Assembly: GCA_947471565.1 (NCBI GenBank)
Contig: CANIVT010000009.1
Coordinates: forward strand, 31,170 to 95,169
DNA: 64,000 nucleotides
Direction: 5' to 3'
DNA from: Spartobacteria bacterium
Lineage (GTDB): Bacteria > Verrucomicrobiota > Verrucomicrobiia > Chthoniobacterales > UBA6821
Under the pieces are notes generated by a model that was not told where the DNA came from, searched no databases, and saw nothing but the letters and a program-made list of their open reading frames with translations. A program made the translations under genes and the position numbers. Below, piece by piece: positions 28,345-36,767 of the stretch. How positions within the stretch are numbered: position 1 is the stretch's first letter; each line of letters starts with the position of its first letter.

Positions 28345-28941
28345 TCACGGCGTCTTGTAGTGAAGGCTGACCAGACGGAGCGCCTTCTCCTTTTCCTCGA
28401 CCGCGTAGTAATCTAACTGCAGTGCGACCGCGGGTTGGCTCCACTCGTAGACGATGAGCGTGTAGCTCATGCCCTCGGGGACCTTCTCTCCAGCAGGGCG
28501 CTCCTTGATCTGGTTCACCAGCAGGGTGCCCGTGCCATAACGCTCGTTGATACGGCGCCGGGTACGATCGAAGAAATCAAGGGTCTTCTCGGCATCCCAC
28601 GTGGAGTCACCGTATTGCATCTCGATTTCCACAAGCGATCCGTCCCGGAAGGTGAAGAGCGATTTCTTTAACAATGGATCACCCACCGCCAGCCCCTGCG
28701 CCTCGAGGACATCCTTGCCGGGGGATTTTGTGGAGAAGCCCGTCTCCTGGGCCTTCACTGCGCGAATCATGTCGCGGACTTTTTCCGGCGAGTCTCCCCA
28801 AGCCATCCCGTAGGGAACACGGATCCCCTGCACGACCTGTTGCTGCGCCCTGACCATGGCAACGCTGAGAAGCAGTAGCAGCATAGCAGACCATCGGCGG
28901 ACCCCTACTATCAGCCATGATTGCATCTGCTTTTTCCTCAT
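28345..28941 (-). CDS. hypothetical secreted protein
   Basis: Signal peptide 'WSAMLLLLLSVAMVRAQQ'. The start is ATG 28941 (overlapping the upstream stop by one base) or ATG 28926. Confidence 0.5.
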   Translation of the reverse strand: MRKKQMQSWLIVGVRRWSAMLLLLLSVAMVRAQQQVVQGIRVPYGMAWGDSPEKVRDMIRAVKAQETGFSTKSPGKDVLEAQGLAVGDPLLKKSLFTFRDGSLVEIEMQYGDSTWDAEKTLDFFDRTRRRINERYGTGTLLVNQIKERPAGEKVPEGMSYTLIVYEWSQPAVALQLDYYAVEEKEKALRLVSLHYKTP

Positions 28942-29669
28942 CAGGGAGCGGATTCTCCGGCATTCGCCGCCGGATGGGAAGCATCAGTGGCACCTGCAGG
29001 AGCCTTGGCCGAGACCTCGAGTTTTCCGGCATCCATCGGGACGATCTGCTCGAGCCCGTTGACGAGGTAGTTTTCCCTGAAGTTCCCCCTCTCCGCTCCA
29101 AGGATTGCTGCTCCCGCCCTTGCCCCATGGTTACAAAACACCCTGGTGGGGGCAGGCCCCTCCATCAGCGGAATGGTCACCAAGGGCAGGCCATCCGCCT
29201 CCAAGTCAACCGAGCCAGTCCTCTTCACGGCACGCAGGGAGATCAGGGGCCTTGAATCCAACAACTCGTCCTCGGCCGCCCTCAGGACGATCCGGTCAAC
29301 GGGAAAAGGGTGTGCCGGATCCTCTTCCGAAATTGGAGGAACGGTGATGGGATCATAGAAAGGGAGCGCCGAGATATGGATCGGTCCGTGAACCAGACCA
29401 CGCGCGCGGTAGCTCCCGGCGGGGACGTCGTTTCCCAAGTCATCCTTCCCGTCCCAGGTCATGATCAGGCCATTCAGTCCCGAAGGAATCGTCTCGACCG
29501 CGGCGTCGCGGTAAAGGAGCCGGACCAGCTTGCCCTGTTCCGAAAAGATGCCCATCGTGAATGGCCCTTCCATGGCCGGGATCGCGACGGCAAAGCGCTG
29601 TGGCGCGGCCTCTAGGAGCGATCCCGAGCACGTCGCCAGGAATCCGAGCAGGAGCATCCGGAGATGCAT
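28941..29669 (-). CDS. hypothetical secreted protein with FlgD-Ig-like segment
   Basis: Starting at ATG 29669 gives the signal peptide 'MHLRMLLLGFLATCSG'. 'LIMTWDGKDDLGNDVPAGSYRARG' resembles the FlgD Ig-like fold signature. Confidence 0.5.
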   Translation of the reverse strand: MHLRMLLLGFLATCSGSLLEAAPQRFAVAIPAMEGPFTMGIFSEQGKLVRLLYRDAAVETIPSGLNGLIMTWDGKDDLGNDVPAGSYRARGLVHGPIHISALPFYDPITVPPISEEDPAHPFPVDRIVLRAAEDELLDSRPLISLRAVKRTGSVDLEADGLPLVTIPLMEGPAPTRVFCNHGARAGAAILGAERGNFRENYLVNGLEQIVPMDAGKLEVSAKAPAGATDASHPAANAGESAP

Positions 29670-29730
29670 TCCCCGAAGAACTAGTTGCCATCGCATATCG
29701 AGTCTCTCCATGCTTCGGGGATCCTTGCCC

Positions 29731-30405
29731 ATGAGCCGGCAGCCTCCCAAGACTTTTCAAAGACTCCTCGCCATCCTGTTGGTCGTGGCTGCGATCACTG
29801 GGTGCTCCAAGAGCCCCTCGGCCGCTTCTACCCCGCTACAGGCTGATGCGGCATTGCGCGCCGCAGGGAAAGCACTCGAAGAGAAGAAACCCGACAAGGC
29901 GCTACGGGCGCTAGCCCCAGCACTCGAGGTCCGCCCCCGGGATCCTGAGGTGCTCAACATGAAGGGTGCCATCCTGACCAAGCTCAAGGATTATGCCGGC
30001 GCCCAGGCCTGCTATGAGAAGGCCTTGCAGCAATCGCCGGGATTTTTCCCCGCCCGTTACAACATCGGTGCCCTGATGGCCCTGCGAGGAGAATGGGAGC
30101 CAGCGACCACCCACTTCAGGAACATGCTGATCGATCAGCCCAACAACGAGTTGGTCCAATACAAGCTGCTGCTCCTGCTTCTTGCACACGACTCCGATGC
30201 CACATTGCAGAAAAAACTCTTCTCGTCGGAGACACCCTCGAATACCCCGGGATGGTATTACGCATCGGCCGCGCGATCCTACAAACAGGGCAACCGAAGC
30301 GAAGGACTCAAATTCACCGAGGTCGCCAAGAGCATCTACGGCGAACAGACCGCGATCTTTGATGAGGAGCTCGAGGAGAGCGGTCTCAGCAACTCAAAAA
30401 AATAA
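29731..30405 (+). CDS. TPR-repeat lipoprotein
   Basis: Lipobox 'VVAAITGCSK'. TPR-like repeats include 'AGAQACYEKALQQSPGFFPARYNIGA'. Confidence 0.7.
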   Translation: MSRQPPKTFQRLLAILLVVAAITGCSKSPSAASTPLQADAALRAAGKALEEKKPDKALRALAPALEVRPRDPEVLNMKGAILTKLKDYAGAQACYEKALQQSPGFFPARYNIGALMALRGEWEPATTHFRNMLIDQPNNELVQYKLLLLLLAHDSDATLQKKLFSSETPSNTPGWYYASAARSYKQGNRSEGLKFTEVAKSIYGEQTAIFDEELEESGLSNSKK

Positions 30406-30413
30406 TTTCACCC

Positions 30414-31412
30414 ATGTCACCCTCCATTCTCGTCACCGGCGGCGCCGGACTCATCGGGAGCGCCCTCATCCATGCCCTGAATATCAGGGGCCAAGAGGAC
30501 ATCCTCGTCACCGACGTCCTCGGCAAGGACTCCAAATGGAAGAATCTTTCCCCCCTCCTCTTTGCCGATTACCAGCAGGCAGATGCGTTTCTGGATCGCC
30601 TCGAGTGCGAACCAGAGAGCCTGGATTCGATTCGTACCGTTTTCCACCTCGGCGCCTGCTCCGCAACCACCGAAACCGATGCCGGCTACCTGATGGAGAA
30701 TAATTTCGGCTACACCAAGCGCCTAGCCCAGTGGTCGCTCCAGCGCGGGATACGCTTTGTCTATGCCAGCTCCGCCGCCACCTACGGCGACGGGACACAG
30801 GGCATGCATGACGGGACGGATCATCTGCAGACGCTTCGCCCGCTCAACGCCTACGGCTATTCCAAGCACCTCTTCGACCTCCATGCCAAGCGCAACGGCT
30901 GGCTCGACCGCATTGCCGGCATCAAATATTTCAACGTCTTCGGCCCCAACGAGGGGCACAAGGGGGAGATGCGCAGCCTCGTTTCCAAAGCCTACGAGCA
31001 GATCCTCGACACCGGTAAGGTACGCCTCTTCAAGAGCCACCGCTCCGACTACAAGGACGGGCAGCAGGTCCGCGACTTCGTCTACGTGAAGGACGCGGTC
31101 GCCATGACGCTCCACATCGCTGACACACCGACGGCCAACGGTCTTTTCAACATCGGCACCGGAACCCCCCGCACCTGGGTTGATCTGGCGACATCCCTCT
31201 TCACCGCGCTCGACCGCAAGCCGGAGATCGAGTTCATCGACATGCCGGATCACATACGCAACCAGTACCAGTACCACACCTGCGCCGACATCAGTCGCCT
31301 CAAGGCCACGGGCTGGAAGACTCCCTCCACGACGCTTGAGGAAGCCGTCGGCGACTACGTCCGCAACTATCTCGTCCCGGGCAAGCATATGGGGGATGAG
31401 GCGGAAAAATAG
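30414..31412 (+). CDS. hldD: ADP-L-glycero-D-manno-heptose 6-epimerase
   Basis: Motifs 'ILVTGGAGLIGSAL', 'YGYSK' and 'FNVFGPNEGHKGEMRS'. Confidence 0.92.
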   Translation: MSPSILVTGGAGLIGSALIHALNIRGQEDILVTDVLGKDSKWKNLSPLLFADYQQADAFLDRLECEPESLDSIRTVFHLGACSATTETDAGYLMENNFGYTKRLAQWSLQRGIRFVYASSAATYGDGTQGMHDGTDHLQTLRPLNAYGYSKHLFDLHAKRNGWLDRIAGIKYFNVFGPNEGHKGEMRSLVSKAYEQILDTGKVRLFKSHRSDYKDGQQVRDFVYVKDAVAMTLHIADTPTANGLFNIGTGTPRTWVDLATSLFTALDRKPEIEFIDMPDHIRNQYQYHTCADISRLKATGWKTPSTTLEEAVGDYVRNYLVPGKHMGDEAEK

Positions 31413-31452
31413 GGGTTTAGGCTGTAGGCTTTTAGACTATTAGGAACATCTC

Positions 31453-31476
31453 CAGCAGAGGCCCGGAGACGCAGAG
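31453..31476 (+). repeat. triple-octamer element copy 3 (cagcagag gcccggag acgcagag)
   Basis: Starts 40 nt after the hldD stop, in sense orientation. Confidence 0.65.
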
Positions 31477-31547
31477 GTTTTTGAATCTGGAAAGCAGGAA
31501 GAGAATCCCGCTTCTCTAGTAAGGCTCTACCATGCTAAGACGGCCCT

Positions 31548-31817
31548 ATGAAAGTGCGTTATATACTTATCGTTCTGTATCTTGCATTGGTATCTTTCGC
31601 CGTTAGTAACTACTTCACGGACTCGCGAGATAGCTTTCATTTGCTTCCGGCAATTGTGGTAACTCTCCCGTGGAGTATGCTTATGACACCACTTCTTCCC
31701 AAGGCATGTGTCGAAGTCTATTTCATCATCTTTGATATAGTTCCTAGCGCCATTATCAATTCTGCTATTCTCTGGTTTTTTTGCGCACTGGCGCGGTGGG
31801 ATAAGAAAGAACAGTGA
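31548..31817 (+). CDS. hypothetical small 3-TM membrane protein in a low-GC islet
   Basis: 89 aa with three hydrophobic helices. The DNA is markedly AT-rich (~40% GC by eye) compared with its flanks. Confidence 0.45.
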   Translation: MKVRYILIVLYLALVSFAVSNYFTDSRDSFHLLPAIVVTLPWSMLMTPLLPKACVEVYFIIFDIVPSAIINSAILWFFCALARWDKKEQ

Positions 31818-31896
31818 CGTGGGCACCCCGCAACCCGCTGGATTTGGAGATTTTGATGACTCGGCAAGGAGAACAAAGCGATCCGCAGCAGTCCTC

Positions 31897-31920
31897 CTCC
31901 GCGCCACTGCGTCTCTGCGC
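31897..31920 (-). repeat. triple-octamer element copy 4 (gcgcagag acgcagtg gcgcggag on minus strand)
   Basis: Starts 12 nt after the yajQ stop, in sense orientation. Confidence 0.7.
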
Positions 31921-31932
31921 GAGAATGGCTTC

Positions 31933-32421
31933 CTAATCCCTGAAGTTCTTAAAACTCAAAGAGACGCCGAAGTCCTTGGCACGAAGGAAGGCGATGACCT
32001 CCTGAAGTTCGTCCCGCTTCGTTCCCGTGACGCGAACCTGCCGGTCCTGCAGGGAGGCCTGCACCTTGAACTTTTCGCCCTTGATAGCCGTCGTGATCTC
32101 CTTGGCCTTCGTTCCCTCGAGTCCCTGGGTAATCACGAATTCCTGGCGGGTGTTGCCGATCGAGGAGACGGAGGGGTCCTTCTGCTCGACATTGCGGAGG
32201 TCGACCCCCCGCTTGGCGAGCTTGTTGACCATAATCTCGCGGACACCTTTGAGCTTGTTGGCATCCTCTGCAGAAAGGGTGATGAGTTCCGGCTTGGTCA
32301 GCTCGATCTTGGCGCTGCTACCCTTGAAGTCAAAGCGGGTCGCCAACTCCTTCACGGCCTGGTTCACCGCATTCTCGATCTCCATCCGCTCGATTTCAGA
32401 AACAATGTCAAAGGAAGGCAT
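31933..32421 (-). CDS. yajQ: YajQ-family nucleotide (c-di-GMP)-binding protein
   Basis: 162 aa beginning 'MPSFDIVSEIERMEIENAVNQAVKELATRFDFKG'. Confidence 0.9.
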   Translation of the reverse strand: MPSFDIVSEIERMEIENAVNQAVKELATRFDFKGSSAKIELTKPELITLSAEDANKLKGVREIMVNKLAKRGVDLRNVEQKDPSVSSIGNTRQEFVITQGLEGTKAKEITTAIKGEKFKVQASLQDRQVRVTGTKRDELQEVIAFLRAKDFGVSLSFKNFRD

Positions 32422-32634
32422 GGGCGGGTAAAGGGGGTAGGTTGTTAGCCTGTTAGCAGGGCAAACAAAAGTCGAGAGTGGCTGTGCTCGGCCTCTCTCC
32501 TCACATTGCTTCAGGATGCGCTAACAGTCTTCAGCCTTCAGTCTAAAAGCCTGTATCACCCCTTTTGCGGATTGCATTCCGGGCCATCCGGGAGGATGTT
32601 TACGGGCTAGCCCGGTAACGGGATTCACCACCGC

Positions 32635-33690
32635 ATGAGCACCGCCACAGAGACAACTTCGCAACCGGTCACGGAAAACACCCGTGTCCGCGGCGTCACG
32701 CGCCTGGTCTCACCGAACGAGGTCAAAAAGAAGATTCCCGCCTCTCCCGAGGTGCTTGCCAAGGTTGCGGAGCATCGAGAAACCTGCCGCCGCATCCTGC
32801 GAGGAGAGGATCCTCGTCTTCTGGTGATCGTCGGCCCCTGTTCGATCCACGATCCCGTCTCGGCGATGGATTACGCCCGGAAGCTCACGACTCTCTCGGA
32901 AGAGCTCTCGGACCGCCTCTTCCTCGTGATGCGTGTCTACTTTGAGAAGCCCCGCACGACCGTCGGCTGGAAGGGTCTCATTAATGATCCCCACCTCAAC
33001 GACTCTGGTGACATCGCCCACGGCATCATGGTCGCACGCCAGCTTTTGCTCGATGTAGCCGCACTGGGCCTTCCCGCTGCCACCGAGGTACTCGACCCCA
33101 TCATGCCCCAGTACATCGCCGACCTGATCAGCTGGGCGGCCATCGGAGCGCGCACCACCGAGTCGCAAACCCACCGCGAGATGGCGAGCGGCCTGTCGAT
33201 GCCGATCGGCTTCAAGAACGGCACCGACGGCAGCATCCAGACGGCGATCGACGCCATGCGCTCCTCCCGCAGTGCGCATGGTTTCCTGGGCATCGATCAG
33301 GACGGGATGACCAGCATCATCAAGACAGCAGGCAATCCCGACGGCCATCTGGTGCTGCGCGGAGGCCGCGACGGAACCAACTACCACCCCCACCAGACGG
33401 CTGACGCAGCGGCGAAGCTCAAGGCCGCCGGAGTCCCGACGGCCATCATGATCGACTGCAGCCATGCCAACAGCGGTAAGGATCCTGCCCGCCAGCCAGA
33501 GGTCTGGCAGAATATCCTCGAGCAACGTGCCGCCGGACGCACCGACATCGTTGGCGCCATGCTGGAGAGCCATCTGGAGTTCGGTGCTCAGAATCTCGGC
33601 GACGACCCGTCCAAGCTCCGCTACGGCGTCTCGATCACCGACGCCTGTCTCGATTGGGAGGCAACCGCCGCCCTGCTCCGCACTTCCTGA
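32635..33690 (+). CDS. aroG: class I 3-deoxy-7-phosphoheptulonate (DAHP) synthase
   Basis: Motifs 'LLVIVGPCSIHD', 'KPRTTVGWKGLINDP' and 'IDCSHANS'. Confidence 0.93.
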   Translation: MSTATETTSQPVTENTRVRGVTRLVSPNEVKKKIPASPEVLAKVAEHRETCRRILRGEDPRLLVIVGPCSIHDPVSAMDYARKLTTLSEELSDRLFLVMRVYFEKPRTTVGWKGLINDPHLNDSGDIAHGIMVARQLLLDVAALGLPAATEVLDPIMPQYIADLISWAAIGARTTESQTHREMASGLSMPIGFKNGTDGSIQTAIDAMRSSRSAHGFLGIDQDGMTSIIKTAGNPDGHLVLRGGRDGTNYHPHQTADAAAKLKAAGVPTAIMIDCSHANSGKDPARQPEVWQNILEQRAAGRTDIVGAMLESHLEFGAQNLGDDPSKLRYGVSITDACLDWEATAALLRTS

Positions 33691-33704
33691 TTCCCTCTTT
33701 TCCC

Positions 33705-34289
33705 GTGCTCAATCCGGCGCTAAAGGTCCGGGAAATCAGTTTTGCCGCCCTCGATTTTGAATCGGCCGGCGAGCGCCCCGACGAGGCTGGGGTTCCGATC
33801 CAGATCGGTATCGCCGCCATGGAACGCCTCGAACCCCAGTCGGATGCGTTTTTCCGCAGCTATTTGAATCCGGGTCGTCCTGTCACTTGGGCAGCACGTA
33901 AAGTCCATGGCATCGGCGACGATGACCTCCAGGGGGCGCCTTCGCTCCTCTCTCTTTGGCCGGAAATCAAGGGGCGCCTTTCGGGCCGCTGCATCGTGGC
34001 ACACGGCGCGGGAACGGAGAAACGCTTCCTGCGCGCTTTTCCCGCGAACGGCTTCGGGCCGTGGATCGATACGCTGACCTTAAGCAGGAAAATCCTTCCG
34101 GGGCGCTCTTCCTACGCTCTGACCGATCTCTCCGGCGAACTCGGGGTGGCATCGGCGGCGGCGGCCCTGCTTCCGGGATTCCGGTGGCATGAGGCCCTCA
34201 GCGATGCGCTGGCATCGCTGCTGTTACTGCGTCAGCTGGTCCACCTTGCCGGTCTCGCCGACCACTCCGTCGAGATCCTCGTTTCATGA
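33705..34289 (+). CDS. DEDDh 3'-5' exonuclease (DnaQ/epsilon-like)
   Basis: Motifs 'FAALDFESAG', 'VAHGAGTEKRFL' and 'HEALSDA'. Start placed at GTG 33705. Confidence 0.7.
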   Translation: MLNPALKVREISFAALDFESAGERPDEAGVPIQIGIAAMERLEPQSDAFFRSYLNPGRPVTWAARKVHGIGDDDLQGAPSLLSLWPEIKGRLSGRCIVAHGAGTEKRFLRAFPANGFGPWIDTLTLSRKILPGRSSYALTDLSGELGVASAAAALLPGFRWHEALSDALASLLLLRQLVHLAGLADHSVEILVS

Positions 34290-34317
34290 GGAGCCGTGAT
34301 CGCCTATAAAGACCTCG

Positions 34318-34968
34318 ATGGCCCGCCCCCTTCCCTTCCTGATCGCTCTTCTGGTCATTCTGGCCGCGGCCCTCATTGGTGTCTCGTTCCTGATCGACAA
34401 GCCAGTGGAACAGGCCGTGCTGGCGTCCAATGGCGGACATTGGTGCCGTTCTTTACTGGCAACCACCGCCAGCCGCTACGGCGACTGGCCGGAACTGATG
34501 CTGCTCGGCGGGGCTGGGTATCTGCTGGCGCGCCGCACCAAGAATGTCCGATGGCAGCGCCTTTTTCTCTCGGCGATGATCGCCTCCACACTCGCCGGCA
34601 TGGCGGTTAATGCCTCACGGCTTACGACGGGCCGCACCAGACCACGCGCCCAAGCTTCGCAGGGATGGTATGGACCTCGGCATGACGGTCGCTGGCTGAT
34701 CGGTCAGGCCGATTTCAACAGCTTTCCCTCGGGCCACACCGCTACCGCGGTGGGGTTTGCGGGCGTGTTGCTCTTCGGAGCACCCGCCTGGGGAAGTGTC
34801 GCGATCGCGCTTGCTGGCCTGATCGCCTATTCCCGCCTGCTTCTGGGTGCCCACCATCCCTCCGATGTGGTTGCGGCCACGGTCATCGCCCTCGCCGTCG
34901 CTTGGGCGGCGTGGGAATTCCTAGGCAAACGCGGCCGGGTAGATATCGGACCGAAGTTAAAAGGTTAA
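34318..34968 (+). CDS. PAP2-family phosphatase
   Basis: Motifs 'KxxxxxxRP', 'PSGHTA' and 'GAHHPSDV', with multiple TM segments. Confidence 0.82.
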   Translation: MARPLPFLIALLVILAAALIGVSFLIDKPVEQAVLASNGGHWCRSLLATTASRYGDWPELMLLGGAGYLLARRTKNVRWQRLFLSAMIASTLAGMAVNASRLTTGRTRPRAQASQGWYGPRHDGRWLIGQADFNSFPSGHTATAVGFAGVLLFGAPAWGSVAIALAGLIAYSRLLLGAHHPSDVVAATVIALAVAWAAWEFLGKRGRVDIGPKLKG

Positions 34969-35134
34969 AGCGTTAAAAAGGATTTCAAGAGTCAGAACGG
35001 AGTCCACTGAATGGACTCATCCAGACATCCCATTTCATCACATTTTGTGGACTTGGTTGGCAGAATCCCTGCTTAAAGATTTTTACCGATACACGTTGTC
35101 ACTTTTTAACGCTTCTAACTCTTGTAACCCCTTA

Positions 35135-35665
35135 TCACGCCGGAAGGCGAATCAGCGAGACGACGGGCAACTCCCCGAGCGACTCGCGTCCGCCGAGTCC
35201 CTCCAACTCGATCAAAAAGAGCGCCGCTCGGAGATCCGCTCCGAGTTCCGCCAGCAGCGAAACCGCAGCACGAGCGGTTCCTCCCGTGGCCAGGAGGTCA
35301 TCGACCAGCAGGACCTTTTCACCGGGCGCAATGCTATCCGCGTGAATTTCCAGCGCGGCACTTCCGTATTCCAGATCATACTCATGGGCGATCGTGCGGA
35401 AGGGGAGTTTCCCTTTCTTGCGGATCGGCACAAAACCCACCCCGAGACGGTAGGCAAGCGCCGCACCAAAGATGAAGCCGCGCGCGTCGAGTCCGGCGAT
35501 TTTCGACATGTCGATTCCCTCGCAGGCCCGTGCCAGAAGGTCGATGGCGGAGCGGAAGAGGACTGCATCCTCCAAGAGGGGCGAGATGTCCCGGAAGAGG
35601 ATCCCCTTCTTGGGGAAGTCGGGTACGGAGCGGACCGCCCCTTTCAACCGCTCCGTCTCATCCAT
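35135..35665 (-). CDS. apt: adenine phosphoribosyltransferase
   Basis: Motifs 'VPDFPKKGILFRDISPLL' and 'VLLVDDLLATGGTA'. Trimmed to ATG 35665. Confidence 0.9.
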   Translation of the reverse strand: MDETERLKGAVRSVPDFPKKGILFRDISPLLEDAVLFRSAIDLLARACEGIDMSKIAGLDARGFIFGAALAYRLGVGFVPIRKKGKLPFRTIAHEYDLEYGSAALEIHADSIAPGEKVLLVDDLLATGGTARAAVSLLAELGADLRAALFLIELEGLGGRESLGELPVVSLIRLPA

Positions 35666-36764
35666 GGACGGCCTTGTCCCCGAAGCTGACCCCGATCGCA
35701 CGCGCTGTCTCGACGAGCTGATCGGAGGGCGGAACCCTCTTGAGGTGATGAACCGCCTCGGCAATGGGAACGTCCAGCACCTGATAGTTTTGATAGCTGA
35801 CCATCGTTCCGAATTTCCCCTCCTCCGCGAGCTGAACTGCCTTCACCCCAAAGCGGATTCCCAGGATGCGGTCGAGCGTCGTCGGATCCCCTCCGCGCTG
35901 TAAGTGACCGAGCACACAGACACGGGTATCCTTGCCCGTGCGAGATTCGATCTCCTGGCAAAGCATCTCGCCGATGCCGCCAAGGCGCCACTCTCCGCTT
36001 GCGGACTGTTTGCGGAACTGCTGGCCATGCCGTGTCTTGGCCCCTTCCGCGACCACGATCATGGTGCTCTTGCAACCCGCCGCATCCCTGCTCTGGATCG
36101 TCTCGGCGATGTGCTCCAGAGAGAACGGGATCTCCGGAATGAGAATCATGTCGGCCGCTCCGGCAAGGCCGCCCCAGAGAGCGATCCAGCCGGCATGACG
36201 GCCCATGACCTGGACGATGATCACCCGCTTGTGACTGGCCGCCGTGGTATGGAGCCGGTCCAGCGCGTCGGTCACGCAGGCCACCGCCGAGTCGAACCCG
36301 AAGGTCATGGCCGTGGCCTCAAGGTCGTTGTCGATGGTCTTGGGGACCCCGATCATCGGGAAGCCGGCGCGGTAAAGCTGGAGCGCCGTGCTTAGGGAGC
36401 CGTCGCCGCCAATCGCGATAACGGCGGAGAGATCGAGATCACGGCAGGTGCGGGAAGCTTTGGCAATCACCTCCTCCGAGATGGAAGCCTTTTCCCCCGC
36501 GGCGACCTTCGCAGTGAAGTGGCCCTTGTTGGTGGTGCCGAGAATCGTTCCTCCGATCTGCATGATCCCCTGAGTATTCTCTCGGGTCAGGGGCAGGTAA
36601 TCCCCGCCGTCGGGCAACATCCCCTCGAAACCATCACGGAACCCGATCACCTCCCAACCGAGCTCTTCGGAGGCACAGAAGATCCCGCGCAAGACAGCGT
36701 TGAGACCGGGACAATCTCCGCCGCTTGTCAGGACACCGATCCGCTTTCGTGGAGAACCGCCCAT
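35658..36764 (-). CDS. 6-phosphofructokinase, second paralog (phosphoryl donor uncertain)
   Basis: Motifs 'IGVLTSGGDCPGLN', 'IGGDGS', 'GVPKTIDNDL' and 'MGRHAGW'. Confidence 0.88.
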   Translation of the reverse strand: MGGSPRKRIGVLTSGGDCPGLNAVLRGIFCASEELGWEVIGFRDGFEGMLPDGGDYLPLTRENTQGIMQIGGTILGTTNKGHFTAKVAAGEKASISEEVIAKASRTCRDLDLSAVIAIGGDGSLSTALQLYRAGFPMIGVPKTIDNDLEATAMTFGFDSAVACVTDALDRLHTTAASHKRVIIVQVMGRHAGWIALWGGLAGAADMILIPEIPFSLEHIAETIQSRDAAGCKSTMIVVAEGAKTRHGQQFRKQSASGEWRLGGIGEMLCQEIESRTGKDTRVCVLGHLQRGGDPTTLDRILGIRFGVKAVQLAEEGKFGTMVSYQNYQVLDVPIAEAVHHLKRVPPSDQLVETARAIGVSFGDKAVHG

Positions 36765-36767
36765 CGT

